Source: Syncephalis fuscata S228 (taxonomy: Eukaryota > Fungi > Zoopagomycota). Taken from it: 64,000 bases of DNA. Below the pieces are notes generated by a model, which worked only from the letters and a program-made list of their open reading frames with translations, was not told the origin of the DNA and searched no databases. A program made the position numbers and the translations under genes. Where the stretch lies: the NCBI GenBank assembly GCA_025786725.1, contig JAHLTZ010000011.1:372001-436000 (forward strand), read 5' to 3'. Of the stretch, positions 54,544 through 64,000 are shown one piece after another (within the stretch, counting starts at the first letter, position 1; every line of letters begins with the position of its first letter).

Positions 54544-55027
54544 ATCTGCCTCTCGCCATATCGGTTACTTTTTATGCATAGTTGACAATTTTAAATTATT
54601 ATCATTAGTACAATATTTATTTACCTTTTGTTTAAATGCAATTACAGTTATAGCTTGAAACAATGTGTCATGTAATGGTTATACAGTACTGATGTTATTA
54701 CTTTGATTAAAATAATTCATTATTTAGCAAAATAGGAATATACTATTTGCCATTATAGTTCCATTTAATTAATTTAAATAGCTATTAGTTAGCACTAAAT
54801 GTAGTCGTTCAATCAGATCAAATTCTATTTATAAACTAGATTGTTTAATATGTATTTAGCTGATATGATACACAGAATAACTTTATATTTAAGGTTTAAA
54901 GTGTGATACAAATTTCTATTTAATTTATTATTAATAGATTCTTGCTGTGAAATACGTTAAGTGATATAATTAGTCTGTATTTGATAAAATATAAGCAAAA
55001 TATTTGGTGTAAATCAGCCACCTGATT

Positions 55028-55597
55028 CTACTGCTGACAAGTAAGAAGTGCAACGTCGGATAATGATGTGTTGCCACCTGAAATTCGATGATCTTCCAAA
55101 AGAGTTACTACGCTAACCGACATGGGTTGTCTAGGCTGTGTACAGATACGCGAGAAACGGGCCACTACAGGATCATTCTCGGCACCAGTGTAGTTGACGC
55201 TGAAAGGCACCAACACGGTAAGTCGACTGTACTTTTCCACTTGAACATTTCCTAGCACCGATTTTGCAATAGGTGTTTGGGTGGCATGATCAGTAATTGA
55301 TACGCTGATGGCATTGAAGAACCAACGATCGGCTCTTGCGTTTTCTACAACTAGAATAGCATTGTAGCTAACGCTAAAGCCACTTTGACGCATCTTGAGG
55401 TCAGCAGACTGCTGTAGACCTCGAAATTGGATGCTTGGCTGCGATACCGACGCTCTACCTACAATAGGTGGGGCGAGAAATAGAGTGAAAAGTACTGTGA
55501 GAAGGCATAGCAGACCAAATGCGCCGCAAGTGGCAGCCTGGCAGTACTCGTTTTGCATTTTGCGATAATGCCGCGCAGATATACGTCGGCTTGCCAT
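55028..55597 (-). CDS. LEA_2-like single-pass membrane protein
   Basis: Intact 189-aa ORF with a basic/Cys N-terminus, TM helix, and beta-rich ectodomain (VEN...VPFSVNY...C). Confidence 0.7.
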   Translation of the reverse strand: MASRRISARHYRKMQNEYCQAATCGAFGLLCLLTVLFTLFLAPPIVGRASVSQPSIQFRGLQQSADLKMRQSGFSVSYNAILVVENARADRWFFNAISVSITDHATQTPIAKSVLGNVQVEKYSRLTVLVPFSVNYTGAENDPVVARFSRICTQPRQPMSVSVVTLLEDHRISGGNTSLSDVALLTCQQ

Positions 55598-56507
55598 GTT
55601 TATGTATAAAGAAAAGCAAGATGACTAGTATTAAAAACAATATAAGAATGAGAAATGAATAGAGTTTTCGACTTGGTCCCTTCACTGTAACGTATTAAAT
55701 GTACAAGTAAACCAAATCAATTCTACCCAATCTATTTATAGAGTAGCCAAGATGGTCATTTCTATTTTAATGCGTGCAATGCTGCTTTGTTCTATCTTCA
55801 TGCCAACGTTGTATTATATTCAGTATAAGATATAAACAATCAATGTTGCAATCAATGAATAAATACTATTTTTTTAATCTCTATACAATTTGTCGGTTTA
55901 AATTGCAATTAGCTACATAATCAATTGACTTGCATTACAATTGGCTGCATCAAATGTAACAATGATATCGATAATATATTTATTATATTATATTTATCAA
56001 TAGCCAAATAGTAAAATGTATGTCAATGGTTTATTGACTGCAATTATAACTTAATGCTAATATATAATAACTTAAATAATAGTTATTAAGATTAAAATCT
56101 TATGTGTAGCATTATTTTTACTTTTATTTATACGTGTATTTTTCAAATAATCCATTTTCTGCTTATTATTACAAGTACTGAATTTGTTGTAATTAAATTT
56201 GATAAAATAAACCTCTTTTGTTTATTTCTTTAAATGCTTTTGAGACAGCTAATGTTGTTGTATTCTTAAAGTTTAATAATAAATTACTTGGCAACGGTAA
56301 GTAATTGATTTTAAATGGCGGATCTAATTAAGTTGCCTAGCTACCAGTCTTTGATGAAGCATAAAATTAAATGTATTATGAGAAATATACATGGTTAAGC
56401 TGCTTTGTCCACTATTTTCCTCTTTTCCAAATTGTATAAAATTGTTTGTTTTTGAGATTGTATACAAATTCGTATTTTGGTAGTATTTTCTTGCTTTAGT
56501 TGGCATC

Positions 56508-59500
56508 ATGAAAGCTTACCGAAAATGGCGTGGCCGTACATCTCAAATAGATGAACATACGGATGCCACAGATACGACCTGGGACAGTCATAAGGTGTCT
56601 AAAGTACCATTTAATTCTTCTCATGACCCAAACCTACCAAAGCAAAGCTATGACGATCGTCACGCGAAACTGGCTACTTTTAACTCTAATATTCAATTGA
56701 TGAAATCTTTACCTTCATCTCCAATACTTGGCGTGGATATCGTGGCTACCTCATCAATTAAAACTGATGAATCACCACTTTCTTCGATTGATAACATAGG
56801 AAAACAGCAAGGAAAAAAACACCCATCAATAGATTTGCTAGTAACACACTCCTCAGCTACACAATGTATCTCAATGACAAGCACGAACGAAGACGATAAA
56901 AGCTTGGCAACGTATACAGCTGAAGAGGAAGAAGAAGCGACTAGCCAACTGACACACAATCTTTCTCATCACTTGCAAGTTACTCGTTTGCGCGTAAATA
57001 ATCAAAAGTCTAATTATTGTGCTCAACGTCGCAACAGCTCAAGTACAGACAATTCAACAAATGAAGCACAACTAGATTGCATAGAAACACCTAGTATTAA
57101 ACAGAAGATAACACACTCAAAACAATCCCACCCAACATTAAAAGATAATAGCTTTATAGAATATACAGATGAGTTAACATCAAACAATATAAATGGGACA
57201 TCTATACGCGATAACATATTACCATCCAAAGAAAATATGCATTACAAATCAACAACTAATTTAGATAGTAACACATGTAAAATATCTGATTACAGCATGC
57301 CATTGGATGAACATAAACAGTCGTTGCCAGAAATGCAAATCCCAGCTTATGGAATGACACAACAATATTCTGAATTGCCAGAAACTATCGAACCAATGCC
57401 ATTGAATTACTACTCAAATACTCAACAAGAACAAGAGCAATTATCAGTGTTAAAACAGTCCGATGATACAACAACTCATAAATCAAAAAAGAATAAAAAG
57501 AAGAAGGGAAAGAAGCATAGACATCACCGCCATCGTGATACCGAAGACAATGATAAAACAGATCAGCAACATAAAAAAAGCCACAAAAAACGAGACAAAT
57601 CAACTACTGCTAAAAAAGCTTTATTGGCTTTGCCTGAGAGATACCGCCGCCCAGTACGAGGCTTGGAGCGTCCCGCTCAGCTTGACGATGATGCTGATGA
57701 TCGCAACTATAATAATCCAGGCAGTTACAACTGCATGGACAGTACTAAAGGTCTTATGTCTAACGGTACTCATCAAAATTTATCTGCGGGCCATGGTGAA
57801 TCTGGAGTCCAATGCTGGTCGGAACGAGATCTAGAGCGTGTTATGGAAAAGCAAATGGCTCAGATTCAGGCACAACGTGAAAAGGAGGCCGCGCGTCGAG
57901 TACGTCAGCAGGCAGACGAAGCACGTAGGGAGCGATTGCTTAATCAGTGGAAGAGTATGGTCAACGATAAGTTGAGTTCACCGCCACCTCCGCCGTCATC
58001 ATCATTGTCAGCATTGCCACCACGATCGATGCTCATTGCAAAAAATAACCAATCTTCTAGCGGCCGTCATAGGAATAGTAGGATGGCTAATCTTCCGCTA
58101 GAGCAGCCCGATCATCGTTTGGCATCACCGTCAAGTACCCAACGTTGTCCCAGTGAATCTACTCAATCGGGTCAAAGTAGTCAAGTGAGATTATCAATTT
58201 CAATGCTATCCAAAACGGCGCTCAACCCACTGGAAGACATGGTCGGCCATGGGCATCGATGCCAATTGAGCCGCAACCTTTACCGCCATTTAACAATGGC
58301 CAGCCTAACTACATCCGTCATCAAACCTTGGGCGTTAGTCGCCGTAATAGTGGCAGCACCCATAGTGGCAATAGCAATGGTCGTGGCCGAATCCATCGTT
58401 GGCTTTCTGAGTCTTATGTAGTTGCGACACCTAGCGATGTTTCACCATCGCCGCCGGTCTCATTCCAACAAATGCCAATGAGCCAACAGCATCATCTTCA
58501 ATTTCGGGATGGCTGGAGTATCAATAGTGGTGATATACCAGAAAATACTTCAACAGCATCGCCACAGCTGCCATTAGCACAGCTATCCTTCAATCAACAA
58601 CATCCAGCCTATCCTTCAAACATACCTTTGGGATATCATAATGCGACAAATCCTACATCGTCCTTAATGCAGTCACAGCTCAATTCCGGCCATTATTACA
58701 TGAACAATGCTTATAATATGTCCACACATTACAATCACGCAGGACCAAATGGCTACTTGCCATCTAATGGCCAACCTATGCGCTATACGCCTGGATATCC
58801 AACCATTGACACATCTAAACCGTGGAATTCGGCTAATTATAGCCATGCCCTTAATCGCCATAGTTCTTCAGGCTATGGTTTACGCAATCGTAGCACCTCA
58901 AGTAAAAAGTCGATTACATCAGATAATGATGATAATCAGCCGTTAACCAATGGACTTTTAATGCGATTGCCAAAACAGCATCCCATGAGCGGAAGAAGTA
59001 GCAGTAGTGGTAATGGACAGCCACTTATTTCTAGTATGTATGTGCCACCGGCATCATCAGCCGCGGCAGTACCATTCAATACACAACAGTATCAGCAACC
59101 AACTATGTCGGCAAATCGTTCAAACACCATGCTTTCGGGCTATCCTTTAACATCAAATGGACACCGTTTTAGTGGCACTTTATTAAATGAACATAATTCT
59201 TTATTACTATCATCTTCGCCACAGCAGCCACAAATCAGTAATTGTTCATATGAACAGCCCAATTACTATGGTCATAATAATAGTCATAATCCACAACTAG
59301 GCAAACAGGACCCCAATAAGACTATATCGACCATTGTAGGTTCTGAAGAAGAGGCTATGGCCGCATGGACCTCAGTCGGTGCACCACCAGCGTGCATTAA
59401 TGGATGGCGTGGTATAGCATCGATGCGACAACAGCGACAACAGCAACAGCAACAGCAACAGCAGCGCTGCTCTTTACCATCCGCTCAGGCCATGCTCACT

Positions 59501-59695
59501 AATACCACGGTATCGTCATCGATAACAACAGCAACAACCGTAACAGCTATGGCTAATAAGCCGACTAATACAGCACATCCTGTCTATCCGGACTCAGTAG
59601 AGAACAGTGAAGATGGATCAGTATCTTCATCTAGTTCTTCATCTGAAACTTCCTCATCCGATTCTTTTTCATCGTCCACGCAATCATTACATTAA
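56508..59695 (+). CDS. Large low-complexity hypothetical protein (two ORFs joined by a probable indel near 58257)
   Basis: Overlapping 637-aa and 478-aa ORFs with a basic NLS-like tract, coiled coil and poly-Q. Confidence 0.7.
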
Positions 59696-60376
59696 TATAT
59701 AGCGCACTTTTCATAATACTTTATAGTAATAAACAATAAATACAAAAATAATACATAATGACTAACTATACATTTCTATTATTTTAAATTAATTAAACAA
59801 GCTAAACTAATCAGTGCGTTTATACGACCAACTGAACTAATTAGTATATGTATATATATATATATAATTACTAAACTAGTATATATGTATAATTGACACT
59901 GACAACAATATAGAGCAATTTTAATTTATTATGCAACTTAATCAATTAATTTGAAAATAGTAGCACTCTAATATATAATGAAATGTCATTGGTTTAAAAA
60001 AGACAGACATTAAACGGGCTGTGTATACACTATTCGATTATCTGCATCCGCACATGGTTGTAAGTGGTATAGAGTAAATATAGCCAAAATAAATGCTATC
60101 TTATAAAGATATAGCGAGCAAAGGCATAATAAAAATATAAAAATAATGAAAGGAATGCAATAAGAAATAAAAGTGCAACTGGCACCATCACCTACAAGTG
60201 TAAGTGTACACGGAATAACCATCAAGGCTAGTATGTGCACACTTACACGCACGCACTCAAGTATTGCTGATGGGCCATTTTGTTAATCCGACAACTTTAA
60301 AAAACAAGTTGCTTATTATAAACAGCACACAATGATGTGCTATTAGTATTATTCTAATTAACTGACAGTAAAGTTA

Positions 60377-63300
60377 CTATTTTGATTCTGCTGAACGGTC
60401 CATGCCAATGCGTAGTGAGTCGATCCATCGTCCATTGATACTGGATGCAGCTGTATTGATAGGCAACTCAACTACTTTACAATGCTTGGTGGTAACATCG
60501 AATAAAAAGTGTCGTTCAGTCTCTTCATGTTCTTGTTCTTCCTTGTCAAGAATACAATAGGCGCGTAGACGATGGCCAGAACGAACAGAAGGGAAGGCAA
60601 ATGGCTCAGCCGATGCATCGATAGTATCTGGCTTGTCCATGACCATATCCATTTGCTTAAATGACATGGATTCGGCAGCCGATGCTAGAATATCGATGGA
60701 GAGGCGCGAGTATGCTCATTTTCCTTTTCTTCTTCATGGGCTTTATCGACGAATGAACGTAGTTGCGCATATTGTTTAAATATTTGAGCCATTACATTAG
60801 ATGGCACAACTGTCAAGACTTGGTCCCAATCAGCCATACGATCCGTTAGATCGGTCAATAATTGTTTAGCATCTATTCATATTTGTTATTAGTATTTAAT
60901 AATACATAGTACAATTTCACTAATTACTTACCTCTTAAAGAAAGTGTGCTATCGAAATCAGTACGATGCAATGACATAAACAATCGATAAAGCGACGTTT
61001 CCTGTCCCATCTTCTCGTCCTCTTCAGTATCTTGATCAACTGCTACTAATACTGATGTTTCAGTAGGTGCCATGATGCCTAATCGTTGCGATGGATGTAA
61101 ATGAATACCTGGATCGTTCATATTCTCTAGTGTATGTGATCGAGGACGTTTAGACACGCTTGATCCACCACTGCCTGGCACGTTTAGTTGGGCCGACTTG
61201 TCGGTGTCCTTTGCTGAAGGTGATGTATTGACGTTCTCCTCGTGCAATAGACGGTAGAGTGCTCGAGGTGGACACGATAGACGTGGTGTTGGGTCAACAG
61301 GGGCAACAGCCTCTACTTTAGTAATTAGATGAAATGGCTGTCCATTAGATTTGGCCGCAATGGATGCCGAGTCTGGCATTTCATGATCTCTTGACTCAGA
61401 GGGATATTCATTTGGATAGTATGAGTGTTCTTCCTCTTTGGCATGAGCATGTTTTTGCATAACGGCTGCCGATGATTGATGGCGTTGCATTGGTGTTTGG
61501 CCAAGTCTTGCTTCGGGAAAGGATGGCAGTGTACTAGTTAATGGCGATGAAATAGATGGACGGGCCATTTGCTGCGGAGATGGTCCAGCTGGTGTAGACA
61601 GCGGACGAAGTGGTGGTGACCAGCGAGATCGTTCCCAGCTAACTGGTGGTGCACCTGATGGACCATAGTCAGCATAGCCATTGTTATACCGATGAGCAGA
61701 TGCTGGCTCTGGTCCCATGGCCGATGCCGACATTGGCATGGCTAAATGTGGTGGCAATGGCACAGAAGGTGGGCGTAGTGGCGACGATACGCCATGATAG
61801 TTATTGGATGAGAAAAAGCGATCCTGTGACGCTGAATGCGGCTGTAATGGTGGCAGGAATGGATCACGGCCATTGGTGCTAGCTGGTCGACTGATCAAGA
61901 TAGAAGACGACGCACATCGGTCACGCATTTCTAATGGACTTCCTGTGCGTACAGGTGGCAGTTCACGATGTGACGGCGCCAATGGATAATGTGGCGACGA
62001 TGAAGCAGACAACGGACCATGACTACCATTATTTTCAATGATAGCTGCAATGGCAGCTGGTCGGTGCTTTTGATCCATTGACATGACATGTCGATGCAAC
62101 GAATCTGAATCTGCTGGACCCATTTCATGTCCTGTTGAATGATGTGGGTGATATGGGTAATGATGTGGATGATGTTGGCCATGGTGGTGTGCATGTTGCG
62201 GTGAATGATGGTACGGATGCTGATACCGGTGGCCAATGGCTGACATGGGACGAGTCATTACTGAAGGCGCGTAGTCGAATGAACGACGTGGCTCACGAGA
62301 CCGATGCATGTTTGCATTAGCCATACCCATCGAAGAGGTGTAATAGGATGAGTAGCCTGAGTCTAGGCTGACACGACGAAGACTACTTGGCGATAGTGGT
62401 CGATGGCCAGGTATATCGCGTAGTGTATCATCTGGTGACGATGAAGTCGATGTCATCATCATCATATCGAATGACGTGCCATTATTGACGCCGCTCACTG
62501 GTGGAGAGATTGGCTCGGGCGATTGAGAGTCACGTCCAGGTCGCATGCTATGCTTTTCACGCATATGTTTGGCATAGTCACCTCGCCGCTTAAAACGAAC
62601 GCCACACATCTAACAGTGCATTAAAAGCCTATTAGTACGCATATAGTCTAGTTAAATAGCCATTATTCAAACCTACCTTGCAGCAATATGGATGCCAGTC
62701 TAAATGGCCTCGTAAATGCATTTCAGCACCATAGGCACCAGTCAAACTAGTAAAGGTACAATTGACCCAGCGACAAGTGAATGCATGCCACGGCGTGGTC
62801 GAGGTGTAAGATGTACAGACAGTATATGCTGCCAAATGGCATGTCCATCTGTAAATACTTTACCATCATCGCTATTACTATGTTATTGGCGTTAGTGCCG
62901 GCATTATTGGATGTCGCATCGCTCGAGCTTGAATCGGATCTATTGGAATTGGACTGAAACCGAGCTGCATCACTCATAGGTGCCAACGAACATCCGTGCC
63001 ATCTACACCAGAATGGACCTTCTTTTGTGGCATCCCACGAGGTAGGCGGGTAGCTAGACATGGATGTTTGTTTGGTGCCCCACTCGGTGTCTCAGCGGTC
63101 GTTGTCGTGTGATGGCTCACACTGTGGCTGTGATCTAGTGCAGGTACACCATTTGCTGGATGAGCATGATTCGATACATTGTGTACTAATGGTACAGTGC
63201 CACGACGCGTCGGTGGGTGCATATGTGGAGAAGTTACCATATTGACTGATGGATGACTTATAGTAATCTTGTTATTGCTATGATTATTGTTGTTGGATGA

Positions 63301-63611
63301 CGTATTAGCATCATTATCGGACATTGATCTTGTACCTGAATCGACATCGGGTGAGGTACAGAAATTGCCAGTCATTGATGGCAAGCAATTGCCAAATTCC
63401 TCAGCCGTCGATGTTAAAGGTGTTCTCGGGAAGTGTTGGCCGACATCGAGGACGACAAAGGCCTAGTAGTGGGTGAAGGCGATGATAGCGGATCAAAATG
63501 AGTTGTATTCGAAGGCGGATTCGTCATATGCATCGTAACATCGGCGTGACTAGGTGGCGTCACTGCAATGGGCGAAGGGTGATGATAGATGGGCTGAGCG
63601 GTAGAACACAT
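60377..63611 (-). CDS. C2H2 zinc-finger transcription factor with long disordered region (introns and indels; ends approximate)
   Basis: FWCRWHGC, FTCRWVNC...MHLRGHLDWHPYCCK|MCGVRFKRRGDYAKHMREKH. Confidence 0.8.
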
Positions 63612-64000
63612 GGACAAACACTGTCGGATATGGGCCAGTTGAGCCGACTCAAATGTAGAACGAAGCAAGTAGCGGCGGCAATAATGTTGATTATAATGAA
63701 GTGTGTGACTGCGGTCAAACTATTATACGAAAGATCAGTAATGCAATAAATACCAAAAGTAGCCCAAAAGAGTAGTGAAGCAAGCAATGCAAAGGCAAAT
63801 AAAAAAAGCGTAGAAAGTAACGTTAGTCCACTGCGTGAGCGATGCGCGTATCTGTGTTCAAAGATAAATAAAGTGGAGTAATCCTGAAAGTAAAGATAGT
63901 GAGTGAGTGAGTGAGGTAAAGAGACGAGTAAATAAGGCCAATCGTAGTGTAGATAATGGCCGAGTATAATTTATCAATAGCAATATAAATCGCGGTAAAA

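Overview
AT-rich, intron-containing eukaryotic DNA, almost certainly fungal (short GT-AG introns with CTAAY-like branch points; the secreted-protein repertoire suggests an early-diverging lineage such as Zoopagomycota, which is inference only). The assembly carries many 1-nt indels that break otherwise intact genes. Recognisable genes: ALG13, a secreted tyrosinase, a CCCH zinc-finger protein, SCAP, MED12, a secreted kinase-like protein, a Kex2-processed repeat peptide, SNAPC4, a PQ-loop protein, RAE1, three LEA_2-like membrane proteins, a WrbA/Pst2-type flavodoxin, PRMT1/HMT1, a universal stress protein and a C2H2 factor. The main discovery is invisible to the ORF track. What looks like an ~80-bp minisatellite at 43.2-45.8 kb reads as a gene with 33 mutually similar introns separating 32 micro-exons (29 of 3 nt, two of 6 nt, and one read as 4 nt that is probably an indel error). 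Spliced onto a signal-peptide exon, and with that exon read as 3 nt, these give a 68-aa secreted precursor of a 6-cysteine peptide (MKLSIAVVCTIVVALMASTAIVDAKPTLVRR-GDPVDCAIKCSEMCKDNPDDNQFNLCNKCINYCKSQP), roughly one codon per exon. The window also holds three decayed Fanzor (eukaryotic TnpB) RuvC remnants, two of which share a conserved non-coding 3' tail that is a candidate omegaRNA.
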